DNA from: Phoronis australis
Taxonomy: Eukaryota; Animalia; Phoronida
Assembly (NCBI GenBank): GCA_002633005.1
Contig: NMRA01000035.1
Coordinates: forward strand, 124,001-188,000
DNA: 64,000 nt
Direction: 5' to 3'
Under the pieces are notes generated by a model. The model was given only the letters and a program-made list of their open reading frames with translations, was not told where the DNA came from and ran no database searches. Positions 1 to 13,135 of the stretch are shown here, in pieces; within the stretch, counting starts at the first letter, position 1; the number at the start of each line of letters is the position of its first letter. Made by a program: the position numbers and the translations under genes.

Positions 1-454
1 ATGACCTGACAGAGATGAAGGCAATGTGCACCCACATACATATATGTGGGTGAATATAAACTAAAGTTCACACTTCAACAAGCGTACTATGTCCCGGCTG
101 GAGCCAACAAACAATATTTTTGGGTGCTGAACTGTTTTAAATTTGCTTTATCTAAGTTTCAAATAGCAGAGTTTGGGACCCCTGAAAGTCTGCACATTCC
201 CGACTGCTCAATCTCGTCAAAATATAACTTGAACATGCCCAGTGTTAAGACCTCTGTGTCTGCACTGTAAATACCTTGGAGTTGATTAGTAGTAATTACA
301 AATCATTCGATAGTTTCAAGCCAGGTTGGAACAAAGCGGCACACACAGTACGGCAAATGTAACATAAATAACAAATGGAAAGGAAATGTGTGAACACGGT
401 GCTAACAAAACGGAACCCATATAAACATAATGCTAGATAACAGTGAGGACAAAC

Positions 455-487
455 CTTGGTAGTATCATTCACCAAACTGACTCCACT
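455..487 (-). CDS. ANK2: Ankyrin 33-nt microexon (SGVSLVNDTTK) between ANK repeats 6 and 7
   Basis: Minus strand reads tcccttgcag|AGT GGA GTC AGT TTG GTG AAT GAT ACT ACC AAG|gtttgt. It is phase 0/0 and in frame. LVNDTTK resembles vertebrate ANK2 MMVNRTTE, which follows ...DVQSK at the same position (recalled, not aligned by software). The donor is weak (gtttgt). Confidence 0.75.
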
Positions 488-2201
488 CTGCAAGGGATGG
501 CGGACGGACAGTGTTATAACAAGCAGCTACTAGTACTGGTGAGCAGTGACACCAATTAACTACACTTGTACACAATGCCAATTCTGTGTTATTGAATATA
601 GGGTCAACGCTGTTAGTATATGAGTTCTGTAGTCCACAAGTCCCGAGCTCTATAATTTAGACCCACAAAATTAGCGTAATGAATGCCATTTATTTGTCCC
701 CAGGCTCTGATCATTCAGTCCAAAAAGCTCAAACCCCACATGACCTTCGGAGCACATGACCTCGGAGCCTGAGCACAGGACCTCGCATTCATTGAACAAT
801 CAATAAACGTGAAACGTTAATTGCGTGTTCCTTGGGACTGTGAAAGCCTAAAATACACTGCACAACCTATGCGCACTAACACTACAATATGTAGCATAGG
901 CAAACGTCAAAGAAAGCCCTGTTGGCCAAAATAAACATTCAGTCCTCACCAGGCTTTTAGACTACAGGTGAGCTAAGCAACCCCAGTGCCCCCTGTTGAC
1001 ACCGTCTTGTAAACAAACGGTGTAGTGCCTCCAATATTCTGGTTAATTTCTGCTGGTACAGGCAGTTAATAGTTATTTCGGGGGGTTGAACATGCACAGA
1101 ATTAACGTGGCACAAGCTCAACCACTTTGACCCATGTGGGTAATGCTATAAGCGCTCGCCAGTATTGTTTTGGGACGTAACCTCCTCAACGAGTTAATGC
1201 ATTAGTGTTAAGTGTAATATGCGACTTCTATTTAAAAAAGTTATACAGGAGCTATCGGAAAAAACGTACTTCGTGATTTTAATCAAAATAACAAGAATTG
1301 GCATCAACAACCGCATTAAGATAAACATGATTTTATGCCGGAATGTTGCAAAATTCTCAAGGTCCTACGTCAAAATGAATTTTTGTTTGGAAATGTTCAG
1401 TTGCATCTCATGTGCAAATGGTCGTCACTCTGCTTTTGGTAGATGACGAGAGTATGAGCATTGATGCTGCAAGTATATCAGGTATATTAAATGTGCACGG
1501 CATTCTTAACATAGTGGGAAACCACTAGTGACATCTAGGGAGCACACCACCACCATGAACGTACATGAACACAGTTAACAGACAGTGCGTCGTCATGGTC
1601 TCACAAGTGCACTGTGCAGACATCACGCTCGACTACAGGAAGAGAACCCGGCAGTTTAAGTTAATTATGAAACCAATAACCGAAATTGGAAACTAACATG
1701 AAAGAGTAAGCCAGGAAGTTGTACTGGAAAATTAGATCAAATGTAAGTGTCAAACTTCAGGTTGGCTACCTCTAAGTTGACCCAGTGAACAACTAGGAAA
1801 TTCAGTTCGTTTGCACACTTAATCAGGTAAACTGGACTGCAGAACACTGTTTGGTAACACCAGATTTTTAGGCATAGTGGTGGTGGTGATAAAACAAAAT
1901 GCCCTCTATACAGGGGTGTCTGAACTACTGGCAGTTTGAATAACAGAGTGTTGATGTTTCTACAAGGATCAATTGATATAAAAGTTTTTGGGGAATTTAT
2001 TTTCTCAGCAACAAGTTTATATTAATCTCAGTATAGAAGCAGAAGACATACCAGGGAATGAACAATTGTTTCACATAAGAAATCCACAAAAGAAGGTGAC
2101 CGTCAAGTGTTTAGTTAGGTTTCTTCTCATTTTGGCCAACCAAGAACAAAACCACAGTTGAATTACTATAGACCTCTGATGTGATCGGTCGAGCCTCTCA
2201 C

Positions 2202-2387
2202 CTTTGACTGAAGATCAACATTGTGTTCATTTCTGAGCAGCAACGAGGCTGCGTTCACATCGTCTTTCTTGGCCGCGATGTGCAGTGCCGGGAGTTTGAC
2301 CTTGCCCTTGCTGTCTGCCTCCAGAAGCACTGCGACGACCTTGTCGCGACCTTGCTGCAGGGCGACAGCTAAGGGAGTAAATCCGTC
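2202..2387 (-). CDS. ANK2: Ankyrin exon, repeats 5-6 ([62 protein letters not shown])
   Basis: 186 nt, cag|GAC...AAG|gtgag, phase 0/0. The translation is the diagnostic canonical-ankyrin [28 protein letters not shown] segment. It is absent from the ORF track. Confidence 0.97.
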
Positions 2388-3471
2388 CTGGAAATAACGC
2401 CGTGTGCAGCTTTTACAACAAGTGAAATGATTTGCCGTTGTTCAATATTATGATTAAAATTGCTTTACATTTATCTTCAAAACCACTAGATTAAGGGATT
2501 TAACTTTTAACTAAAAATAAAAAATTAAATTTTCCTAATGTCAATTTGAATAAATTTACAAGTGCATGGAATCCCAAATACTTTTCATCATATTTATACC
2601 AAAGTTAAGCTCTTTTCGCAAACCACTTTTCATTGAGCTGACATTTCGAAAATGTTATGACTGACCACCAAATAAGCTCGCTGCACAAACACTATGTAGT
2701 CACACACTTGGACTGCCACCATGAAGCATCGGAAATCTTAGTATTTCAACCAATAACTACCAACATATCCAGAAAAACCATTGTATGAACTTAACTTCTT
2801 AATATATTTTCATGTAAGTTTAACCTATGAACAATCACAGTAAAATCCATATGTCCATGCATGTTTAGCATGATTGCTTGTTCTACATAAAAAGCCCATG
2901 GGCGAGAAGGTCTGTGAACTCGTTTCCACACAAATTGTTTGTTTAACATCTGGACAGGTGGTCAGTGGACCAGGGCAGTGATTAAAACCTTAGGCTGCAA
3001 AAATCACTCAAGGCCTTGGTAGTCGCATTACTATTTCTCCAGCCAATAGAGGTCTCTTGCTATTCATTAGAAAGTGGTAGTGAACCACACTTTTTATCAT
3101 ATGAAAGGATAGAGGCCTACAGAGGGCGTGACCTAAATAGACTGAGCTTTTCTAAAGATTGGACTCTTGCTTCACAAACAGCATCAAGTGAATTTCTTCA
3201 AGTTCGTCGCTGATATCAGCCGTGAAGGTCATTTTCTTAAAAATGGAAAATTGCGAACAAAACAACGAGATGTATGGAGTGGAAGATACCATAGCTCAAT
3301 CTGTATTTCGTAACGAAAGTGACTCTATACATAAAGGCAATATTAGAAAACAAATGGAAACACTATAATGGTTCTAAAGTGTCTTATTCATAATTGTCAT
3401 TTTTACATCAACCTAGACTATTGTGAAAAGTGATAATAGAAAATGTTGTCGCTGATGCATGGATTACTTAC

Positions 3472-3570
3472 ATTAGTTGCAATACTTGGGCTGGCTCCGT
3501 TACTCAGGAGAAACTTGACCACCTCTGCGTGGTTCTCCTGCGCAGCCATGTAGAGCGGGGTGAAACCAAT
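3472..3570 (-). CDS. ANK2: Ankyrin exon, repeat 4 ([33 protein letters not shown])
   Basis: 99 nt, cttcag|ATT...AAT|gtaagt. [13 protein letters not shown] is diagnostic of ankyrin repeat 4. Confidence 0.97.
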
Positions 3571-4598
3571 CTGAAGCAGACGACAATGAGCATTGGTGAA
3601 TCAGCAGTGCATCTATGGAGGTTCAGGGGGTTTAAACCCCTGTGGGGGTATGAACAAAAACGCGCCTCCAGTGTTAGTAAACCTCCCCTTGTCCAAAACA
3701 TCGTAGATCCAAAATCGGCTGTGTACACTGATTTCTCACGCCAAGCGGCCACATGAAATAGTTTTGCAGCTTCCAAGTTCAGTATTGACCATTTAATACC
3801 CTGCCTTCCTTAAATATTGAATAATAACCAATAAAACATGCAGCACAGGAACTGTCATATTGAGTTACCACAAGAACTGAATCCACACCACCAAATACCA
3901 TCCTAAGGGTACAAAAAGTATGTCACAGCTGCCAAATTACACAGTGTCAGGCACTAATTGTGGGTGCCAGTGTGAATTTGACAGCCTTGGACAAATAATA
4001 ATGCTGTATAAATAAAATCACGGTACTAATTCTAAGCGACAGTTGTTAATTGCTGAATATCAATTCAGAATTAAGAGCTTGTACAAGCTTCATATAACGG
4101 CATATTTTGTTCAACCCATTAAGTCCAGACCACCAGAGAGATTCTGCAGGCATGATGATTATATCCGAATTCAGCATTGTAAGCTGAGTCAGCTTACAAT
4201 GCTGAATTCCCACGTCCTTGATTCAACTCTCCTCTTTTGCGGAGGTGGAAAAATGCATTGTACAATTGACTTGGCACTCAAAAGGTACGCCATACGGCAG
4301 AGCCAGAGCCGAATCAGACATGTGAACAACAATTAATCATGTCTCAATCAGCTTTTCAAAATGTTTGTGTCTGCACTGCACTGCATCTGGCTACAGTAGA
4401 ACTTTATTGGGGACAGAATGACGAATGGAGAACTAAATACTACATTTGAACATGTGGTAAACACTACTAATCGAATGAGATTTTATATTGCACTGAAATA
4501 CTGTAATGTAATTGATTTTCAACATTCCAAAATGATAGCACGTAACTAGCTACAGGCAGATGTATATATATTCTTTCAAAACGCCACAGCTATTTTAC

Positions 4599-4796
4599 CT
4601 CAGACTGTATGTTGACTTTAGCTCCATGCTCAATGAGTATCCTGACAACTTCTTCCTTGCCAGCCAGGGATGCAATGTGCAGCGCCGTGTTACCTTTCTT
4701 AGTCTGAGCATCAACATTGGCGCCTCTTTTGAGCAGTTCTTGAACTACTGAGGTGTGGCCTTCCTTTGAAGCAAGGTGAAGAGCGTTGAGGCCATT
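4599..4796 (-). CDS. ANK2: Ankyrin exon, repeats 2-3 ([14 protein letters not shown]...[12 protein letters not shown]...NIQSE)
   Basis: 198 nt, tttcag|AAT...GAG|gtaaaa. It lies within ORF 4590..4805 and carries the canonical [14 protein letters not shown] and [14 protein letters not shown] motifs. Confidence 0.97.
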
Positions 4797-5177
4797 CTGA
4801 AACATAGATTCACCCTTATGTCAAGCAATTGATTTTAATGAAGAAAACAGTCTGCCAATCACCACTCGAGATACTCGGTTTAATAACATACACACTGGAC
4901 CCTTTCTGAAATCCAGCTCGCTATTTCAAATGAATTATTACAGAGATCAGTTCAGTAATTTACCTGAGAAAGGAGAAGCTCACCGGAAAAAAGTTCATAG
5001 AGAAAATGAAACGTAGCATAATGTATTCCTACTGTACTTTTCTCCTGACCCGCATTCAAGGTGTAAAACACGGTGTGTTACCCTCACAATCACGAAACAT
5101 CCATCAAATTAGGGCCTTCAGCTTTCAATTGAAATATTTAAGTGTCATTGTGTCAGACAGTATGCTGGTACAAACTA

Positions 5178-5468
5178 ATTTATATATTTATTTATTATTG
5201 TGATATTTAAAATGAGAATGGCCTCTTCAGTGATAGCACTGCTTTCCAAGAGGGCCCTCAACAAGAAAAACAGTAGTATAATACAATGAAGTAATAAAAC
5301 AACAATGAAATACGTAACAAAGATACAATTAAAACAGGTTGAGAATTAAGACAATAACTAAATGACAAATAATGGTAAAAATTTAACTAAGACAGATGAA
5401 ATAAATTAAGAGATGACTCTAGACAGTGAGAGTATTTACGACAATGAAAAAATGACATGATTAAGACA
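5178..5468 (-). mobile_element. Non-LTR retroelement 3' end (copy 1) with (AAAT)n tail
   Basis: Near-identical reverse complement of 30408-30705, including the core gcctcttcagtgatagcactgctttccaagagggccctcaacaagaaaaacagta. The TTTA-repeat tail is at the left end. Confidence 0.8.
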
Positions 5469-7586
5469 GGCAGGGTATAAAAGGTTAAGTAAATTACTAT
5501 TCTAAGTATTTCATTTACTACTTTCATTTTCCTCAATTCCAAGCAAAGCTCAAAAGACACAGTCAAGCTTTGCAATATTCTCTACACCCACCTACATATT
5601 GGCAACTGACTCTCCTTGCCATCTATATACTGATAAATCACAGACCCCAGTAAAAAATCTCAACACTTGAAAGTTAATAAGCCTCCTATTCCTAACAACA
5701 TTCCACACACAAGACTGTCTCATCACAAGCATGTACCAGCAGGGCTGGTAAGGTGTGTCCAATTAACATAATTGATTATTAATGATAAATGACAACCACG
5801 TTTATTAAAAGTTCCCTTAATTAATATGTTTAAAGATGTATTAACCTTGTTTTTTTAAGTCTAGACAGAGCAATAGCCGGTAATTTTTTGTTTTTACTTG
5901 TTTTTATGTTCCAGTATTCAGCACTCTGTCATGTTAACACAAATTAACTTAAAATGGTCCTTTCATCATCTGTAGACATGCAATAAACCGACATTGTGAC
6001 TGAACATTGTGACTGATTCATGCGCAAAATTACCAAGACATAACAACACATTACTCGTCACCAATCAGGAAATTGTTATTTCAAAGGCCTCAAAAAGGGG
6101 GTCTTCAAATGTTAACAAAACACACAAAAATAAGTCAGAACACTAACAGTTTAAACTCCAACAGCATCAGAATAATTTGCAGACACAACCTAAATGCCAT
6201 CGGAGAATATCTTCTCAAACATTAGTCATACTCATGCCCAGGCCGCCAGATGTTAAGCCAATAGGAATGGATATCATTGCATGCATGCTGGCGAGAAACA
6301 TAGCTCCGCACTAACCAACAAGAAACACATTTAGAATGGCAGCTGATAATGGTGTATTTTGGAAATTAGTAACATCACTATTTACCCTCCTGACTGGGTG
6401 GTGCACAATTACTAAATATCATGAACTGGTCGAGCAGCGTGGAAGTCTTAAAAAAGTTTTGCAACAAGGTCATACTGGCAATTTCAGAATTTGCAACACT
6501 GAGAAGTCTACGAATTGCCACCAAGGCTAAAAACATGGCCAATTAGAATTAGAAGCATATAGTTGACTAGGCCTTCACTTAGCTGGTACTACGGTACTTG
6601 TTATATTCATATGTGATGCATCACACGACAACTATATGCCTGATACCTTCAAATGAAATCCGCAGTTACAGAACTCCAACAAAAAATTATGGTTGGTAAA
6701 CAGATTTATAGGACGAAAGAAGGAATTGCAATCAAAATCTCATCAGAGTTGTACGGAGTGTGTCCAGACAATCAAGACTGCGTTAATTTCACAGAAAATG
6801 CGGTTTTATATCAAATCAGACCGACTTCCAAACTGATATCACACAGATGAAAAAAATCAGGACTAGAATTGTTCACAGTGTGCATTTAGAAACTATCACT
6901 TTTAACATTCACAGCCACTGTCTCACACCATGATTCCGTTGCCATGACAACTCAGACATGACTCACCACCTAGGTTAAAGGAAATGACCTCATTATGTTG
7001 CAGCTGCAGACAGATGCTAATCAAATGGTCAGCAGTTAATCACCAGAGGGTGTAGAGTTTGAAAAAAGCCCGGGTTTATTTCAAAACATACCGAAGCACA
7101 AATGTTCATTATTTCCATATAAACTGTAATTGCCAGACTCACCAGCATTTGCTAGGTATGCCAAATACTAGCTAATATGATCTTACTTAGACCCCCCAGT
7201 CAGATTATCTCCACATGTAATCAAATGCGGTATTTTCAGACCAAAAAAGCATGACATTATCTAATAATATCATTGCCAAGCAACCAATTCTGCTTTTGAT
7301 AACTTCTTCTGCTTCTGTAAATAGTCTCTTTGCAGTGTTATTTTTGAGCACTCACCAAATATCATCAGTTTGCATAACAAGCTGTTTAGCAGTTTTTGGT
7401 GAGCTGACTCATGGACGAGACATTCTCACCAACTGGTGACTGACACTATTACAGACTGTGAGAAAAATATTCTTAAGATAGGTGATAAATATATGAGTCA
7501 AGCTCGTTGCAGAGAAAAAAAGGCAGTGTGTCATGAACATATGGAAGCCTTTCTTGTAAGGAGGTCCTGACCACTGGTTCCTGGAC

Positions 7587-7699
7587 GGGGGGGGGGGGGG
7601 GGGGGGGGGGGNNNNNNNNNNNNNNNNNNNNNNNNNNNNNNNNNNNNNNNNNNNNNNNNNNNNNNNNNNNNNNNNNNNNNNNNNNNNNNNNNNNNNNNN
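7587..7699. other. Poly-G run adjoining an 88-N assembly gap
   Basis: G run at 7587-7611 and N at 7612-7699. The poly-Pro ORFs here are artefacts. Confidence 0.98.
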
Positions 7700-8467
7700 A
7701 ATATAGCAATAGTTCTTGTATCAATATCATTTATATTAAGCATTAATATAATATAATATAATATTGGCATTATACTCTTCCATTCCAATTGGCACATTAC
7801 CATACAAACTGATATAGCTATGTGGAGGCAACTGCACGACTGACAAGTATGACCATAGCCATCTACCTGCTAGAAATGAACACAGATTTGAGTCCACTAA
7901 TGTGACTCAAGGGCAGGCCACACTCAAAGGCAAGAAAAAAATGTCTCATTGAAAACAATGCTTATACCTAACTCCAATTCCTCAACGCTATCTAACATCA
8001 AGAAAATACTGTGTCATTATGAGTACTAAAGGTATTGTTCAGCTAAACAGCAAGATGTCAGTTTTGATTATTTGTGTTTTGAAAAATGGAACAACTGGAG
8101 CAAACATTCTTCAGTCCCTAAAAACTATTTCTAGGTTGGCACTAGACGAAAAAATGCTAGCGTTCCAGCCCCGGAGATGTGGTGTCTGTCTGCAAAGAGT
8201 GCTTGTAGCAAAAAATTGACGCACTGATAAACATAGACCATCTTCACCTGCACATCTGTGTGCCCTTTGAAGTATTCAGTCTGGCTGCAAAAGTGCTAGT
8301 GAAAAGGCCAGCAGTTTTGGAGCAACTCAAACAGTCAAAAAAACACCAGCAAAAGTGATTCAGTCATTCACATTTCTAGCATTTTCACCATATGGCATCA
8401 TCAAACTATTCTACAAGGACATACTAGTAGACTTTCATAAATGGAAAAATCTTGCTAAGGAAGGTAG

Positions 8468-8543
8468 TGTGATCACGTGTTTTTCTTGTAATACATGGCA
8501 ATATCTCACTAAGTCGAGCGTGTTCCTGAGTTTTCGCGAGATT
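8468..8543 (+). repeat. ~75-bp dispersed repeat (family B)
   Basis: gtgatcacgtg...aatacatggcaatatctcac...ttttcgcgagatt. Homologous to 12875-12950 and 14428-14500, and more weakly to 11367-11441 and 48855-48927. Confidence 0.75.
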
Positions 8544-8837
8544 TTCACCTCTACTATAGGCGCACTCTAACTGGATGCGCAATGGCAATCTCTATCCCCA
8601 TAAAAGCAAGGCTGATTTTGGCAACATTTGTACTTCTACTCTAGTGCCATGCTGTATATTTGGAACCAACTCGAATCTGATGCCCGCCAGAGTGAATCTA
8701 GTAATCGTTACATACGGGTACCTATGTGCGATAGTTGTCTCCGACTGGAACTCCAGTTTTGTGGTTAACCCTTTTATTATATATCTTATTTTTTGCTATA
8801 CCATTTTGTTAGTAAAACTGTTTCCAATTCAAACTTA

Positions 8838-9252
8838 AGTCCCATTTACACTGGAAACAACTGACATGGAGCAGCTGGCACGGAACAGTTGATCAGGAGC
8901 AAATAAGTGTGTAAACATGGCCGACACGGAGCAAGTGAACACCGGCAGTTATTTGTCATCAGTTAGAGAGGTAGAACAAGTTTCACTTGATCAGTGTCTC
9001 CAGTGTCAACTACACGTCTAAACACAAACCGGATCAAAGTGGCAGGGATTAACTTTTATTGTATTTGCGCAATAGCACGCATATTTTGTTTTGGGACGTT
9101 CATCATAGTTAATCTGAAGATACACAGACTGTCTAAGTGTAATTTACTTCCTCCGTGCTGATCCAGTTTCCGATAATGTTGTATAAATGCAACTGAAGTG
9201 GAGCAACTTGCGCCGTGTTCCTCGAGCAAAAACCGATCCAGTGTGCAATAGT
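8838..9252. mobile_element. Possible degenerate PIF/Harbinger-like non-autonomous element
   Basis: Starts taa|gtcccatttacactgga and ends tccagtgtgcaatag, with internal repeated cggagcaa/ggagca and gtaaac motifs. The TIRs are imperfect and no right TSD is visible. Confidence 0.35.
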
Positions 9253-12200
9253 TGGATGATAAAATAATTCAGTAGTCTGGTATCAAGCATTATCAAGCAA
9301 AAGGTCATAATGCAAAATCAATGAGTATGCACGAAGCCCTATAGGAATAATCAGCTACTAATTTGTCTGAAAACCTGCGAAATTTTTATTTGAGTTTGAA
9401 GGCTACAAGCTCTTTCACACTAACTTAACTGCGATAAGAGCGGAGTGTCGATGTCAACAGTGAAGTCAGTTGAACCGTTCATACCAGCTTCAGTAGTTTA
9501 AGGCATCGAAATAAATGGTAAGTGGCGCTGCGGTTGTAGAACTAATCGCCAGATAGCCCAGACGCATAAGGTCTCCTACGAGGTAGGCTGAGAAATCCAT
9601 TATTTCTGTCCAATGCGCGTTAAGATTTTTAATGTGACAACTTGAAAACATTTTCACATGACAATTGATATAAAACTTATTTCTAAAGCGACTGGTGTTT
9701 ATTTGAGCAAAATACTACCAAACATTAGCAACAACACTACCCTTGAATTGTTGATGATAACATTACCCCCCTGGCGATGACTTTGATGAGACCAAAGTAG
9801 ATTGCTAAATACCACATCACAACCTCGATGTTCCGTTGTTAAATCCATCTGTTTAGTGCAAATTAAGTTAAGTGACGCTGTTAACTTCGATCCAGGACCA
9901 AAGTAAGCCGTTCATACTGACAGCAACTCCTCAAAACATTGACGCGCCGACATTGATATAACAGAGCCTTATAGCAATCAAAATCAAAATTTCTATGTGA
10001 TATTGAACCTTTAAATTAATAACTACGGCTTTGTAACATTCCTACAGAACTGAAGACTAGAGATGAATCAAAACAATATAAACCCCTTGCATATTAGACG
10101 ACCAGAAAAGACATCCAGGTGACCTTTAACACCTACGAAATTCATTAATTGTATAACACCAGAACATTTAAATACCAGTATACTATCCAAACTGTACTTA
10201 ACACAGAAGGTCAACTTTGAGAAATCATTAGAAAGATCTGTAATGAGCCATTGATTTCACCTTCGACTTCAGGAATCCAGGGAAATTGTTTTAACAGCGC
10301 AGACTGAGGTATTAAAGGTGAACCGAGTAGAAAGAGCTAATGCATGACACAGATCAGCAGAATGGAAATCAATAAAATCCAACGGAAAGCAATTGGTTAA
10401 CATGCACATCTAAACTTTGGCATTCCTTAAGATATATCAGCCACACTGACTAACTCCAATATGTGAAACCGACGTTGGATTACATTTTGGTGTGCAGTCT
10501 CTCTGTCTCAGGGCCACCTACTAGAACTTTCATTTATGAAACATAAAGTTCCTAGTCGAAAATGTCAGCTGCCACGCACATTCATTTAACAAACCTTGCA
10601 AGAAACGAACAAAATTAACAATTTTGAAGAAATGTTGTTTTGTGAAAATTGACATTCCAAGAATACTCACAATAACTGAAATTTATCATGTAGTCATCTT
10701 CTCAAAATACTTTAGGAGGCAAATTCTTCGAAAGTTTTGAGAGAGTCAGCAATTCAATTGTCTGCTTTAATTTGTACCATATGTTAACTAAGACACAGTA
10801 AAACAAAATGAAAATTATGCATATAATGAAAATTATGTTTTTTCATCATAACTATTTAAAATCTTTCAAGCAAAAATGGCAGTCTGTTAGAACATTCTTT
10901 GCGTATCTGCACACAGTTTAAAGCACCACTTTACAGCACCCTGTTCTTCACACACTGTTGTTCAGAATGTAAACATTTGGCCATCCAAATTCACTTATGA
11001 AGCCTAATCCAATAGAAATGACTCCTGATTAGATGGGAGACAGAGCTGAAGGGCTCTTCAGTAAATCATTAGCAGTGAGTGAACAACAAGCAAATTATCT
11101 CCCTTTGTCTCTCAAGGCCATACCAGTCAGAAATCTGTTTTCTGTCCAGATGAAGTAGTTACACATTAGACAATGCTTTGGTTAGGTAACCCACAACACA
11201 AATTTGACACAGGAAGCTGTTGTAATTTTGAAATATCTCACAAGAATCACATCATACACCAAGATAAGGAGCAAATAAATTTTTGTCCCACTTTCCTTGA
11301 AGTCATATTGCTAACCTGTTACTACAGAACTGGCTCAGTAACGCTAGACCTAGCTAAAATCTAATCAAAATCACGTGTTCTGATTTAAAATACACCGTAA
11401 TGTCTCACGTAATCTCGTGAAGTCTTGCTTTTAGCGAGTTTCAGGAGTTACTGAATGGGAGGCAGGAATTTGCCTGCAGTCTGTAAGACCCAGGCTGGTT
11501 TTCCATGGTGCAAGGCTATCCTTAAATCACAAGATGGCAACTGCCCCACTTTTCTGTTAACTTTGGAAATCCGCCTGGCTCGAAATTTACAAATAGCTCA
11601 GAACGACAACCATTGAAAAAGATCACACAATTTAGGCATCTCTTCCACGCAGATCAAGAAATATCCAACACTCACATCCTTGGTGACAGGAACAAAACCT
11701 AATGCGGAAATATGCGTCTTTAAGCAGATAAAGCTGCTATGAAACCAACTTTCATCAAAAACCTATCTTTTGATCAAGACCACTCGCTGCTATGGAACTG
11801 GTGACAATTTCTTCCTCCCACAAATTAGAGTTAAGTTCTTGGCTTGGACAGTTCGTTACTGCTTGAGACCATACTCGACATTAGTAAGCTTGTCACGACA
11901 ATTCCTCATTATACATGCCACGCCAGATCTTCAGCAATAATGATCCATCAGTTCAATACAAGCCTAGAAACCTTCTCTTTTGAGAGAGTAATACGTACAG
12001 CACAAAGTGATCTAACCTAAATCAAATTTTTGATTCTTCGACAGAACAGAGGTTCATAGAAACTTGTATGGTAATGTCAAAAGAATAAAGTTGGTCTGCA
12101 AAATGATATTAAGCGAATCATAACACACTCCATCAGTTAAGACAAAGACATACAGTTCGCACACAGGTAAACTTAATAATGTATGTAGATTGAAGTCCTC

Positions 12201-12874
12201 AGCATTAGCTTCAAACAATTAAGCTTTTAAATTCAGCTGTTTTGCCCATGGCAAAGGCGACCTTAATTGCACTCAAGTGCATTGGTACTCAGGTCTTATT
12301 GTATCTTACAAGCACTCAAGATGGCACTTGATGGCAAGTAAGCAATCAACCTTCTTTTGTTAACTAGGCCCTGAAAACTAGTGAACCATCCATGTCCTCG
12401 TAGAATTAAATAGAAACTCCACCTTTCTAGTGCCAGTGCTTTTCTACAAACAAACAAAATGGAGTAACTTTCCCATAGTTATATATTCTGACAAAACTTT
12501 TTGATAAAAATGGTAGACTTCCACAATCTAGACATGGTGGCCAGTCGTAAGACAGAATGAACTTCGCTGTCCTCTAACTGGCCACAAAGCAACTGCCACA
12601 TTTTCTGCAAATCCTAAAGAACTTTCTTATTCTCCATAAACAGTGCTCATGATGAAACCAACGTACACTTCTATGCCACCTAGTACAAGTGACCTCACCC
12701 CTATGGCTACAGAATTAGAGAATCAAAAAATTATTATGGCCAAAAAGTGATGTAATTAACAGAATTATAGTCTGTGAGACCATTTGCTATAAGCACTCTA
12801 AGTGTCTCGTTTCAGAATTCAAACCTAGGTTGCATTCCGTAAGTTTACCTAGAACGTTCACCAGAAAAAAATAA

Positions 12875-12950
12875 TGTGATCACGTTCTTCGTTTGTAGTG
12901 TATGGTGATATCTCACAAACACTAGCGTGATCTTGCGTTTTCGCGAGATT
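12875..12950 (+). repeat. ~75-bp dispersed repeat (family B)
   Basis: tgtgatcacgtt...tatggtgatatctcac...ttttcgcgagatt. Confidence 0.75.
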
Positions 12951-13033
12951 CTTGCTTTACGGAATGCAGCCCAGGTGTGGTTGCTCAATAAGTCTTCCAC
13001 ATTTAGACCAGGGTCAGCGGTGAAACAACTTAC

Positions 13034-13135
13034 AGCATTGCTTGTGTTGATGTCTGTGCTTCCTTTCAAATACTCCAGCACCTTATCCAAGTTGCCCGCT
13101 CTGGCTGCTCGCAGGAAGCTGGCGTTACCATCCGT
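13034..13135 (-). CDS. ANK2: Ankyrin exon 2, repeat 1 ([34 protein letters not shown])
   Basis: 102 nt, ttttgcttgtag|ACG...GCT|gtaagt, with the canonical [15 protein letters not shown] motif. The symbol denotes the closest-looking family member; this is probably a co-ortholog of ANK1/2/3. Confidence 0.97.

Noticed and set aside
950-961. Possible 12-nt in-frame microexon (tag|TCT AAA AGC CTG|gtgagg, SKSL)
   Set aside because: Poor pyrimidine tract and no known homologous insert; indistinguishable from chance without RNA data.
7143-7148. ATG CTG|gtgagt as an internal start skipping repeat 1
   Set aside because: A two-codon match with no promoter-like context, within chance expectation.
7473-7803. 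Poly-proline ORFs
   Set aside because: They are produced by the poly-G run and N gap.
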